From NCBI RefSeq assembly GCF_004010195.1, contig NC_057718.1, positions 58,963,607 to 59,027,606 of the forward strand: a stretch of DNA of 64,000 nt. Direction: 5' to 3'. Origin of the DNA: Chiloscyllium plagiosum (lineage: Eukaryota). A program made the translations under genes and the position numbers. The notes below the pieces were generated by a model. The model was not told where the DNA came from, did no database searches, and saw nothing but the letters and a program-made list of their open reading frames with translations. Of the stretch, positions 11,761 through 24,014 are shown piece by piece (the stretch's first letter is position 1; each line of letters opens with the position of its first letter).

Positions 11761-13239
11761 TTTGCTATCTGCATGCCAGAAATTCCCTTATAGATATAAG
11801 TTCTAGTTAATTACCATTGTTTTATTTCGTACTTTAGCCCAATGCTGCTATATAGAAATTGAAAAACTTGCTTAGAGTATTTCTGGGCTATGACTATCCC
11901 TGTCACTTCTTGCTCCTTATCTTTAAGTAAAGCTCTTCAATTACTTGGGCTTTATAACATTCCACTTACATCAATATACAGCAGGGTAACAAATATCTGT
12001 CCCATGTGTCATGTCTAAGACATCTCTGTTCACAGGTTCATTGTCCATTAGTGACTTCTTTCTTATTAACATCAGAGCCATGTGGTCAGGTACCAAATAA
12101 CGATTTGTCTGAATTCCATTATACCACAACCACCCTTTAACTATCGGTTGGACCTCCATCCCCAGCATAACCCGATTGATATAAAGATGCCCTACAGCTA
12201 ACCGGCCATTAATTGTACGTTAATTGATCCATCAATTTGTAAACTTACTTTCATCAACAAGAACTGAAGAATCATCACCCAGTAATCAAGACAAAGGAAA
12301 AAGTTGCAAAGTAATGCAAGATTTTACAAGTATGTATTAAAGAAAAGACAGTGCAACATTTTCTCTTGCACTCACGTGCCCACCATTCTATAACAATAAA
12401 GATTGATTATTCCTTCTCCTCCTATCCATACAACCACTGTTGCTTGAGTAGAGTTAAGTTCCTACTTTGAGCTCTGAAATTCCTTTGATCCTCTATGACC
12501 CCCAAAACACCCCCAGCCTTCGACTATCTCAAAATTGTTCCACTGCTCAAAAATAAGAAGCGTTTGTTCTTAGAATGGTAAATTAACTGTCAGATGAAGT
12601 CAGGCAATGGGACAACAATCTTTCAAAGTCATGAATAGCTGTCACATGGCCTTTGGCTAAAAGGGGTCAGAAAATGAATTAAAACAACTCCTGCGATAAG
12701 TACTCAGGGCAGAAGGGAGACCTCATCAGGCATTGAGCAGCTCTCATTGAGCAGACCTTGCATGCAGCAGTCCTTATCATCCTCAGAGAATTGTTTTCTC
12801 CATACGGAAGATGGACCAGAAGAAAAGGAGGAAGATACAGAGAAGAGTTCTGTAACATCTTAGCTAGCCGTTTGACAAGATCAATTTTGCACTAAATTCT
12901 TTTTGTGCTTTAATATCGGCAAACTATCCCTGATTGTCACTGTTGTATAATGTTCTTACAGTTAACTAGTTTAATTAATGTATTATCTCTAAGTTGTTGC
13001 TCCTTAACAAACTCAGCAAGCTATCAGAAAATTGTGCCAATTATAGCCTGCTGACGTTAGGTAATTCTGGTTACGACCCTACAAAATCAACAACAGAGTA
13101 CTGTTGGTGGTTAAGAATTGACAAAGCATAAGTCCAAAGTAGGTGCTGATAGCAGAATAAAAGTCAACTCTAACTGAAGCCAAAATAATTGAAACAAGTA
13201 AAAGACATGAAGATTGGGAAGGAAATATTAAAATGGAGG

Positions 13240-13350
13240 TCTGAGTTCAGGCTGCGAAGCCCCTAAGTGGAACATGAGTGACAGAACCCTCAGCTTGCAC
13301 CAGACTTCATTGGAACACTACAGCAGATCAGGGCCAAGAATGAGAGTGTG
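13240..13350 (-). mobile_element. PLE GIY-YIG C-terminal relic
   Basis: Minus strand reads LL*CSNEVWCKLRVLSLMFHLGASQP, similar to PLE LLQC.NEA.RKLEEQHLIFRLG.LQP. Confidence 0.5.
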
Positions 13351-13544
13351 ACATGGCAAACAATTAGAAGATTGGAGTCATTCTTGCAGTCGGTGCATTG
13401 TCTTCAACCATTTCTTGGTATCATGTGGAATCAATTCAGTTGTTTGAAGACTGGCATCTCTGATGTTGTGGACTTTATGAGAAGGCTGAGATGGATCATC
13501 CACTTGGCACTCCTGGATTCAGCCTTGACTTTTGTACTGATACA

Positions 13545-14480
13545 GTCATAGAGATGTACAGCATGGAAGGAGACTCTTTAGTCCAGCTTGTCTATGCTGA
13601 CCAAATATCTAAATTAATCTAGTCCCATTTGCCAGCATTTGGCCCACATCCTTCTAAATCCTTCCTATTCATATACCTATAATGCCTTTTAAATGTTGTA
13701 ATTGTTCCAGCCTCCACCATCTTCTTTGACAGCTCATTCCAAAAATGCATCATCTTCTGTGCAAAAAAGTGCTCTTTATGTCCCTTTTAAATCTTTCCCA
13801 TCTCACTTTAAACTTATGCCCTCTATTATTGGACTGCCCTATCCTGGGGAAAAGATCTTGGCTATTCACCCTATCCATCCCCTCCATGATTTTATAAACT
13901 TCTATAAGTTTGCCCCTCAGCCTCTGATGTTCCAGGGAAAATAGTCCCAACCTATTCAGCCCTCCCTATAGCTCAAACCCTGCCACCCTGGCAACATCTT
14001 GTAAGACCTTTATGAATCCTTTCAAGCTTCACAACATCCTTCCTATAGCAGGAAGATCAGATTTTAAAATAATATTCCAAAAGTGGCTTAACCAATGTAG
14101 TGTACAGCCACAGCATGACCTCCCAACTCATACGATTTCCTGATGGAGGGCCTTTTCCCGAAATGTCGATTCTCCTACTCCTCAGATGCTGCCTGACCTG
14201 CTGTGCTTTTCCAGCATTACACTGTCAACTCTGATCTCCAGCATCTGCAGTCCTCACTTTGTCCTCCCAACTCATATATCCGGTGAACTGACCAATAAAG
14301 GCAAGCATACCAAATGCCTTCTTCATCAACCTGCAACTCCACTTCTATGTTCATATCCAAAATATTTATATAAATGACAAAAAGCAGTGGACCCAGCACC
14401 AATCCTTGTAGCACACCACTGCTGACAGGCCTCCAGTCTGAAAAGCAAACCTCTGCCACCACCCTCTGTCTACTACCTTC
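13545..14480 (-). mobile_element. CR1 LINE 3' fragment, within an older LINE relic and containing a nested PLE insert
   Basis: ORFs GLFSLEHQRLRGKLIEVYKIM and FSDWRPVSSGVLQGLVLGPLLFVIYIN (RT motif). Confidence 0.9.
14133..14262 (+). mobile_element. Short PLE-derived element with 14-bp TSD
   Basis: CCTCCCAACTCATA duplicated at 14119-14132 and 14263-14276. Degenerate hammerhead core CTGATGG-AGGG..CCC-GAAATGTC. Confidence 0.8.
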
Positions 14481-14839
14481 ATGCCAAACAATGTCCTGAG
14501 CTCCATCATAATTGAGATTGGGGATTTTAGAGGAACTTCACTTCCTGTTAGTTGTTTAATTGTCCACCACCTTTCATTGTTGGGTTTGGCAGGACTGTAG
14601 AGCTTAATTCTGATCTGTTGGTTATGGAATATCCTAGCTCTTGTCTAATGCATATTGCTTTGCTGTTCAGCATGCAAGTATTGTATGTTGCAATTTCACC
14701 AGCTTGACACCTCATTTTTTAGATGTGTCCCATGCTGTGCATACTCATCTGCATTCTTCATTGAACCAGGGTTAGTCCTCTGGTTAGATTTTAATGGCAG
14801 AATGGGAGTTATAGATAAGACAATAAAACCATAATAAAT

Positions 14840-16000
14840 AGGAACATGTGTAGGCTGTTCTGCCCCTTGGAGCTGGTTTTCCATTTAACAGGATTCTGGC
14901 TGATCCACCATTCCTCACATCCACTTTCCTGTCCTCCTCCCATCAACTTTAATCAAGAATCTAACTTTCTTGGCCTTAAGTATTTACAAGGCTTCTGCCC
15001 GCACAGCTCTCTGTGGCAATGAGTTCCAAAGATTCGCAATCGAGAAAAAATTCCTTCATTTTGAGACTGTGCCCTCTGGTCCTAGACTCTCTCATGAGGG
15101 AAAACATCCTTCCAGCATTTACCCTGTCAAGCCCATTACGAATCCTGTATTTTTCAGTAAGATTACCTCTCATTCTTCTAAACTTCAGTGAGTGGAGTCC
15201 CAACCTGTTTAATTTTTCTTCATAAGACAGTCTCTCCACACCAGAGATCATCCAAGTGAACCTTCCCTGAATTGCCTCCAATGAAATGATATATTTCCTT
15301 CAAATAAGGGACCAAAATTGCTCATGGTACTCCAGATATGGTCTCACCAGCATCTTATGCAGTTACAGTAGAACATTCCCTACTCTTATCCTATAACCTC
15401 CTTGAAATACAGACAAACATTCCATTTGCCTTTCAGATTGCCTGGAGTACCTGTGTGCCAGCTTTCTGCTTCATGCACAAGCACCTCCAAGTCTCTTTGT
15501 ATTGCAACTTTCTGTAATTTTTCTCCATTCAAATAATATTCTGTTCTTTTGTTTTCCCTTTCAAATAAACAACTTTGCATTTCCCTATGTTATATGCCAT
15601 TTGCCAACTTTTTTGTCCACTTAATTATCTATAAAGTTGTCTCCATAAACTGTTTGTGTCCCTCTCACAACTTGCTTTTCCACCTATTTTTGCAAATTTG
15701 GCTACAATGCATTCACTTCCTTCTTCCAAGTCATTAGTTTAAATTATAAATAGTTGCACTAATCCCTGTGGAACCCCACTACTCACCAGTCACAAACCTG
15801 GAAAAGAACTCTTTATCCTCACTCGTTGTTTCCTGCCCACAAGACAGTTCTCTGTCCATGCCAGTATACAACCTCCAACATGGTGGACCCTTACGAATTA
15901 ACCTTTTGTGAAGTACCTTGTAGAACACCTTCTAGAATTCCAAATACATCATGATTTCCCTCTTATGAAGCCATGTTGGCTCTGCTTGATTAGATTGAAA
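14840..16000 (-). mobile_element. CR1 LINE 3' fragment
   Basis: ORF EAIQGRFTWMISGVERLSYEEKLNRLGLHSLKFRRMRG and YYLNGEKLQ..RDL.VLVHE. Confidence 0.9.
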
Positions 16001-16164
16001 CAGATTGATTAGATTGCTGGAACACAATTTTGCTGTTTTGTGTACCTTGCGGATGCCAAGTTTTAAGTTGCTGCAGTTGTTTGAAATCTGTCCCAAATAG
16101 CATGGTGATTATGTCTCACTATTCAATGGAAGTTAACTGCAACAAGACAAAATGGGCATCAGCC

Positions 16165-16620
16165 AGCACTTAGATTCTTCTATTCTTAGCTCTGATTATC
16201 ACTTATTCAGCTTCTCTTCTGTGCTGGCCTGCTATCTATAATCTCCATGTTTACTTACCCCTTTCATATCTCTGTCTTTCTTTCTGGGCTCCATCACCAC
16301 CTATCTGCTCACCTCTCTCCTTACGACTCCCTTTACCAACACCCCGACCCTAAATTCAGCTTCAGCATGGATACCACGTCTTGTTAGCTGTTAATAGTTC
16401 TGATGAAGAGTCTCCACACTTAACTCTGCTTTCTTCCCACAGATGCTAGCAGACCTGACGAAAGTTAAAAACCACACAGCACCAGGTTGTGTGATTTTTA
16501 ACTTTGTACACCCCAGTCCAACACCGGCACCTCCAAATCAGACCTGCTGAATTTTGCCAGCAATGTTTGTTTTTGTTTTTGTTTTTGATCTCCAGCAGCT
16601 GCAGTTCTTTGTTTTATTAC
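16165..16620 (+). mobile_element. PLE pLTR relic with nested 81-bp hairpin element
   Basis: AGTTCTGATGAAGAGTC core at ~16396. Nested insert 16458-16538 is flanked by CAGACCTG direct repeats (16450-16457 and 16539-16546) and contains the inverted repeat AAAGTTAAAAACCACACA/TGTGTGATTTTTAACTTT. Confidence 0.7.
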
Positions 16621-16799
16621 TGCTGCAGGAACATTCCTGTCCTTGAGATAATCAGATCCCCATTCTGTTGTCGAGAAGGCAAGCTGGTCAACATATAAAA
16701 TTTTACTGGACTCAGAGAAGAACACCAATTAAAGGCACATGGAGCTCAGAACGATAGCCACCAGTTCCACCGGTCTTTAATGGGACTGGAAGAAACAAA

Positions 16800-17255
16800 C
16801 CCTGATCCTAATTCTGTGGCTCCTGCTGATCCTGGGCAAGCCCCAGTCGCTCTTCCCAATCCTATCTAGTACAAGTCCCAATCATGTATCCGATCCCGAT
16901 CCCAGGACAATCCCAGTTGTTGTTCCCAATCCTAATGCCAGGCAATTCACAGTCACTGTTCCCAAACTTGATACCGGGAAAGTCCCACTCACTATTCCCA
17001 TTCCTGATCTCAGGCAAGTCCCACTCACTGTTCCCCATCCTGATGCTGGGAAAGTCCGACTCACTGATCCTGATCCTGATCCCCAGGAAGTCCCAGTCAC
17101 TGTTCCCCGTCCTGATCCTGGGAAAGTCCAACTCACTGATCCTGATCCCTGGCAAGTCTCAATCGCTTTTCCCAATCCTGAAACCAGTCAAGCCCCAGTT
17201 ACTGATCCTGATCCTGATCCCGGGCACGTCTCAGTCCCAGTTCCAGTCACTGATC
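16800..17255. repeat. Degenerate ~36-bp tandem repeat (about 12 units)
   Basis: Unit approximately GGGAAAGTCCCAGTCACTGTTCCCAATCCTGATCCT, visible as a 12-aa periodic ORF (GKSQSLFPILIP). Confidence 0.85.
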
Positions 17256-18059
17256 AAGGCCCTGACCCTGAGCTAATCTAGAGCACTGTCCTTTTTGAAC
17301 CGTCGACTTCAGAACCTGATTCACATTTGACCCCACCCAACCCGACTGGGAGAATAAGGCCTCAGTGCATAGCAGACCTGAAGTGAAAGAGGTGAATAAA
17401 AGTCGTCCCCTTGAGGAGTGGTCCAGTTCAGAGCTCTAGCCTTGCTGAGGTATTCACTCAAGAACTTCACACAAGATGTCATAAGTCTCTGAGAATCAGA
17501 GCCCTTCTAATTAGTCAGGGAGCCCTCTAGCACCCTCAGTGAGCCCAATTCAGACACTGACCCTAACTTGGCACCCTGAACTACCCTTCACCTTATGTTC
17601 ATTTTCTTTCAAACAAGCCCAGAGCCTGTGGCCTCTGTTAGTCTTTTATCTGGTTGTTTCTAACCACAAAACCTATACAAGTATCCAGTTTGATTAGACA
17701 AAGCATGCTCTCACAACCCACCATCATACGACACAAGTATAATTGGTATTGATTATCAGCAAGCCACCTCATTGTATAGTATGATTTATAACCATCATTA
17801 TCCTGCACTTGGGAGGAATCAATTCTTAAAGAGCAAAATTCAAATAATGGGGAAAAGATTTGATCAAGAAGCATGGGTCAACTGTATATTGATATATCTG
17901 CATGGGTGGGGCTATTTTTAGCTGGTGAGCCTACATAGGTATTACATAAAACAGTTTCAGATGTTAGCTTGACATCTGTTAGGAATCTAGCAGCATGCAA
18001 CTGAAAGCCTTTGTTGTTATCGTCTAATTTGTCTTCAGGAGACCAGGCGAATCAGGAGT

Positions 18060-18790
18060 TAACTACCCTTGCTACATGTGGTTCTCTTTTGCAACAGCGG
18101 CCAAGAGTGATGATGGTATTCTCTGGTTCCATCTGGACTACACTATAATGTATGAATGTAACAATCAGCAAGTGGTGTATAGGAGACTAAATGGGAGTTC
18201 AGGGCATTGTTGTGTAAATGTCAAACCCATGGGTGACTGGGGGGGATTACCCACCAATGGATGTTTTGAATTGGGATGGTTGGCCTTTGATTGAGAGAAA
18301 CGATTAAAGCTAGGTCAAAGCTGTCTGGGAAAATTCACAGATAATAAATACTTAGTGTACAAAATAAGGCAAGGGTCAAAACTGGCTCTAATAGTACCCC
18401 TCCATGCTTATCTGAGAACTATTCCGGAACCACAAAATAGGTTGGCTTTAAAATGCACAGGTAATGATAATATGCACCACATATTGGTACCTATGATGTT
18501 AGACATATCTAGAATCCAGCTGCCAGAGTGGCACCCTCCCCAACTTCAGAAATGGTACCTACATTCAAAAGGTCGATTACTGAGACAGAAAACGGGAATT
18601 GACACGGGTTAAGGCTAGAACTAGGCTACTGGGGCCCAGTAGAAGTGACATTATTAATGATTTGGCCACAACTTACAGAGCAGGAGTGTCCAGTCAATAC
18701 CTTCAATTTGGCTAATATGACAGTTAATGAATTGGCAGGGAATAGAGGAATATGCACAACACAAAGGCTTGGTGAGCTGAAGGGCCCGTT
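18060..18790 (+). pseudogene. Putative decayed viral/retroelement envelope glycoprotein fragment
   Basis: Cys/Trp-containing ORFs 18076-18294 and 18355-18612 (DNMHHILVPMMLDISRIQLPEW), then CAG TAG AAG TGA in the same frame (restorable to R-Q-K-R), then DIINDLATTYRAGVS/VNTFNL across frameshifts. Confidence 0.4.
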
Positions 18791-18999
18791 GCTACGCTGT
18801 ACTGTTTTTGTTCTTTTCAATTATATTCCTTGGAAGTAAATCCTGGTATTAGTTTGTTTTTTAGTGGCTTTCTCAACTTGTAGCACAACTTCTATGATCA
18901 TAATGTTTACTCCTCAAACTCACTTAGACTTGTATTTTCCACTTAGTAAGTGACCTCCCTATTCTCTCTACAAAATATGCTACTTCACATTATTTACAT

Positions 19000-19460
19000 T
19001 AAATATTATTTACCAATTAGTTATTCATTCCGCAAGTGTATTTAATGTTGTTCTGTAATTTGTTTCAGTCCTCCTCAGCGCCGACTATATCTCCTCTCTC
19101 ACCCACAACCCCACCAGCTGGAGTTATCTACACATTTTGAAATTATATTTTGGATTCCAAAGTCCAAATTGTCAATGTACATTGTGAACTGCAGTGAATA
19201 CAGCACAGATCTTTGTGGAAAACCACCTTTTAGACTTTCAATAACTATCCTTTACGCCCACTCACTGCTTTCTGATATACAGCCAGCTAGTAATCCAATG
19301 TGCCACTTTATTCATCAGTTCATTATGAGACGCCTCATCAAAGGCTTTCTGATAATCCAAATGAATTACATTTACTACGTACCATTGTCTACTCTCTCTG
19401 CCACCTTCTCAAAAAGTTTGCTAAGATTAATCAAACATAGTTTTGTGTTTAAAACTAATA
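19000..19460 (-). mobile_element. Old CR1-type RT fragment
   Basis: ATCAAAGGCTTTCTGATAATCCAAATGAATT corresponds on the minus strand to the (V)IHLDYQKAFD RT motif. Heavily decayed. Confidence 0.6.
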
Positions 19461-20549
19461 TTCATTATTAATTATCACATTTTGCATTTCTAGATGTTAT
19501 TCCATTCTCTCCTTCAGTAAGATTCTCATTATTTTCCTTAGCAACAATTAGTTAAGACTTAACACACCATCAGGCAGTTAACTACATTTGCTTTATTGGT
19601 AATTGCTAAATCTCATGAGGTATTCATTCTTGTTGATTTTTGATTACATTATTGAAAAAAATGATTCAAACACCCTGACAAAATTAACCACCTGCCTGAC
19701 ATAGCTTATTTACTTCCTCAAGGAAGTTAAAATAATGTATTAAAAACATGCTTCTTTCTTAAGAGCTTCCCTAATTCTTGTGTTTGTACAATCTAACACA
19801 TCACAGCTGCTACCAAACGTACATGTCTACGATTTTTACCAACCCTCTGGAGACAAGGTGGGAGCTGAGTGATTTCATAAAATGGCAGCACAGGCTTCAA
19901 TAGGTTTAAAGGGGGGGGACCCTTCTTGATTGGCATTCCACAGCTTACAGAAGGGTTGCCTGATGGCAAACGTTGCTCCTAGTCATTGGCACCATCACTG
20001 GATGATGCTCCCCCTCCCCAATCTTTGGTACCTGGCTACATGGTTCCAGCACCAAAGTTAAAGCAACTCACCTTACGCTTATTGGCACCTCAGCACTGAA
20101 GCTTCCTCTCCTTCTTCCTGCAGCCTCAGCAGTGGCCAACTGTATGGATGGCATTTCTGACTTTGCCATGTTATGAGAGGTGAGCCTCCATCCTCAAATG
20201 GATTGTGATAATTCTGTGGTTTCCACATTGGACTTCTCACCTTTTCAGAACACCCAGCTCCTTCACTCTGTTTCTTTCTCTACGGGTGAGTATCTTTAGC
20301 AGTTCTTCTGTTGCTTTTTTTCCCATTTTTAAATAGGCAGCACATTCAGTCTGTTGTATTAGGAGAGAATTTAAAATTTCACTTCAAAAGTCAAAGCCCT
20401 CCCACACAGCCATAGAGCAGGACCAAAGACTCCTGTCAAAAATTTCCCAGAATTATACTTATCCCAGCTGGAGCGAGTTGACATAAGCACAGAGTGCCAA
20501 ATCCCTCATTCATAGCACTTCAACATGCCCAGCAAGACAAGCAAGGCAA

Positions 20550-21700
20550 CATAAGAATTTAAGGAATAGGAGCAGGAGTAGGCCACTGGGCCCATTGAGC
20601 CTGCTCCACCATTCAATAAGATCATGGCTGATCTTTTTGAGGACTCAGCTCCACTTACTTGCCTGTTCACCATTACCCATAATTCCTTTACTGTTCAAAA
20701 ATCAATTTTTTCATTAAAAACATTCAGCAAGGTAGCTTCAACTGCTTCACTGGGCAAGGAATTCTACAGATTCACAACCCTATGAGTGAAGAAGTTCCTC
20801 CTCAACTTTGTCCTCAACCTGCTTCCCTTTATTTTGAGGCTATGCTCCCTAGTTCTGGTTTTACTCACCAATGGAAACAACCTCCCTGCTTCTATCTTAT
20901 CGAGTCCCTTCATAATTTTATATGTTTCTACAAAAACCCCCCTCGTTCTTCTAAATTTCAATGAGTATAGTCCCAGTCTACTCAATTTCTCCTCATAAAC
21001 CATCCCTTTCAACTCTGGAATCACCCTAGCAAACGTCCTATGTACACCCTCTAGTGTGAGTACATCCTTTCTCAAGTAAGGAGACCAAACCTGTACACAA
21101 TACTCCAGGTGTGGCCTCACCAGCACTCTATATAGCTGCAGCATAATCTCCTTATGTTTAAACTCCATCCCTCTAGCAAAGAAGGACAATATTCTATTTG
21201 CCTCCTTCATTACCTGCTACATCTACAAGCCAAATTTTTGTGATTCATGCACAAGGATACCCAGGTCCCTTTGCAAGGAAGCATACTGCAACTTTTCACC
21301 ATTTAAATAATAGCCCATTTTGAAGTTATTTCTACCAAAATGAATTATTTCATATTTACCAACATTGTACTCCATCTGCCAGAGCTTTGCCCATTCACTT
21401 AACATATCTGTATCTCTCTGCAGACTTTCAGAGTCCTCTGCACACTTTACTCTATCAGACATTTTAGTGTCATCTGTGATCCTTGACACACTTCACTTGG
21501 TCCCCAACTCAAAATCAAGATCCATGTAAATTGTAAACAATTGCAGTCCCAACACTGAGCCCTGAGGCACACCACTAACCACTGATCACCAAATAGAAAA
21601 AACATCAATTTATCCCTACTTTTTGCTTTCTGTTGGTTAACCAGTCTTCCTTCCATGCTAATACATTCACCACATGCCCTAATCTTATGCAAAAACATGG
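20550..21700 (-). mobile_element. CR1 LINE 5'-truncated copy
   Basis: ORF 20764-21210 ANRILSFFARGMEFK..LYRVLVRPHLEYCVQVWSP...FFTHRVVNL, plus an RT (A)DDTK region. CATAAGAA tail at ~20550. Confidence 0.92.
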
Positions 21701-23409
21701 TGCCTAATTCCTTACTTACTCACCCTGGATATCATACATTCACCTTCTAAAGATTACATTTCCATAATTGATACCTGTCAGATTAAGGAAGCCTCCAACT
21801 TTGTTCCTGCATTATGGCTACACAGCTCTTCTAACATTCCAAGACAGCATGGTTAGACATGTTTCATTTCGCCTCTCTCATGCCACTTGTCACACACAAT
21901 TGTAGTCTCACCTTTATTTGAATGTCTCTTTGCTGGAATAATTGGGACCTCCTGCCAGCTCAAAGCAGGCTGACAATGCAGGTATTTCCACTCTGAAATA
22001 TCTAACCACTTCAGAGACTAAACGATGGTAAGGTGTTCAGTGCTCACAGGAGATGCTGAGGTAGCAGAATATTGCTGGTGGGCAGTTTACTAGCTGAGCA
22101 CTTGCACCATCCCCAACACTTCATGAAACAGTTCTCATGGCTAACTCTCAGTCTCCTTAATTCCAAAAGTTGATACTTACTTATTTTTAAGATTCCACTA
22201 ACCCTTATTGTAGAGACATCAAATGAAGTTCTGGCACAAACGAAGGAGATTATATTAAGAGAACAATGAGGAATTAGTCACTGCTGAACAATATTGCTAT
22301 CCTTCAGAAAAGATAGTATCTTTTTAAATCGTATTTCCCCAGATGTGACTATCTAGCCCAGCACAGGTCAGGTTTCAAGATTAGATTCATGCTCAGTATA
22401 ACACCACAGAAAGCAGCAACCAGCTATCAATGGAGTCTTTGTTTGTAAGGTAATATAGACCTAGAATTCAGATAGAATTTCATACAAAATTAAAGCTATC
22501 ATTGCATCAATCTTTGAGGTTCTGAATTGTAGCTCTGCAAGAATAAAGGTTGTTAAAGCCATCCATCAAATCGTTATATTCTGAGCAGTGTTGGAGTAAG
22601 AAATTATTAAAGACATTGCAGTATCAATTTTTAAATCGCATGGATATTGTTGTATATCAAAAGGTACTATTACAACCATGAGGGATAATTATTCAGAATA
22701 TTTCCCATTTAAATGAGAATGCTATCGATGCAAAAAGACTATTAAAGGCAATCAAACTGTTAAATATGTGAAAAGAAAACCTGCAACTGCAGGTAATGTT
22801 CATTAACAAATGGAAAGTACAATTTATGATCAAGCCCTCTGGAATTCTGCAGTAAAATATGGAACTCTGAAGCAATATAGTTATACATTTTCATTGGCTA
22901 TAGTTCTGTAAAGAGAATGTATGTTGACAGCTTCCAATATGTATGTTGATAGAATCACTGCCAACATACTGAGAGAATTTTATCACAGGAACTCCAGTGT
23001 CAAATGGTACTCAAGCCACATCATAATATTAACAGAAATATGTTGAAATGCAAACATAACATTTTATCTCTAATACTTTAAATTCTCAATTGCTAAGAGT
23101 GTGCTGGCAAACAAGCTAATGCAATATATTACAGCATATAGCAAAGACGCTCACTCCTACAATAAATTTGTAGACATGTGTAAGGTGTCAGCAAAGTCCA
23201 CTGTGACCTTCCAACTCTGAATCAGACGCTTTGTAACTTCACAGAATCACAGAAAGCTATTCAGCTCATCTAGTCTCCACTGGCTCTCAAAATGCATCTA
23301 GTGTCACCTTTCTGCCTTCTCTCTGCACATGTTTGATATTCTGATTGTAGTCCAATTCTGTTCTGAATCCCTCAATTCAATCTTTCAATATGCTTCCACC
23401 ATAGTCTTG

Positions 23410-23545
23410 GGTAGTGGGTGTATCTATACTGTAAAGACTGCAGCAGTTCAAGAAGATAGCTCATTACCACCTTTTCAGGGCACTTACAAATGGACAATAA
23501 GTGCTGCCCTAATATGCAATCTTCACGATTCATTAACAAAACAAC
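23410..23545 (+). mobile_element. 3' fragment of old LINE family (same as 59610-59715)
   Basis: GACTGCAGCAGTTCAAGAAG..AGCTCA..ACCACCTT is shared with ~59620 and, in reverse, with 34550-34650. Confidence 0.55.
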
Positions 23546-24014
23546 GTTACAGACCCAGTTCCTGTTCCATGTGATCTGATGTCAACATAACATAGCTCCT
23601 TACCCACATGTTCAACTGTGATTCATTCAGCATATATTATTTTGAAAAGCAGCAGAGTTCTCTTTGTGCCTTGGTCAATACTCAACCAATACATTAATCA
23701 TATTATCTAGTCATTTATTTCATTGATGTTAATTACCAAATTAATTAAGTATATTTAGCTGGATTAATAAATGACAGAATTGTAATCGTCACATGATGAA
23801 TTTCATATTCAGTTTGAGTGTTCGAAAATTTAGCCTGACACCTTGAATTTACATAAAGGCAGTTGCAAGCATATGAAGACAGAGCTGTGTAACGTAGACT
23901 GCAAAAATAAGTTAGAGATAATAATGTAGATAAGCATTGGCAGACATTTGAGGAAATGTTTCATAATCCTCAATACAAATGTATTCCTTTGAGAAAGAAG
24001 GACTGTACAGACAA

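Noticed and set aside
16862..17276. Periodic ORFs on both strands as a repeat protein
   Set aside because: Explained by a stop-free 36-bp tandem unit. No promoter or splice support.
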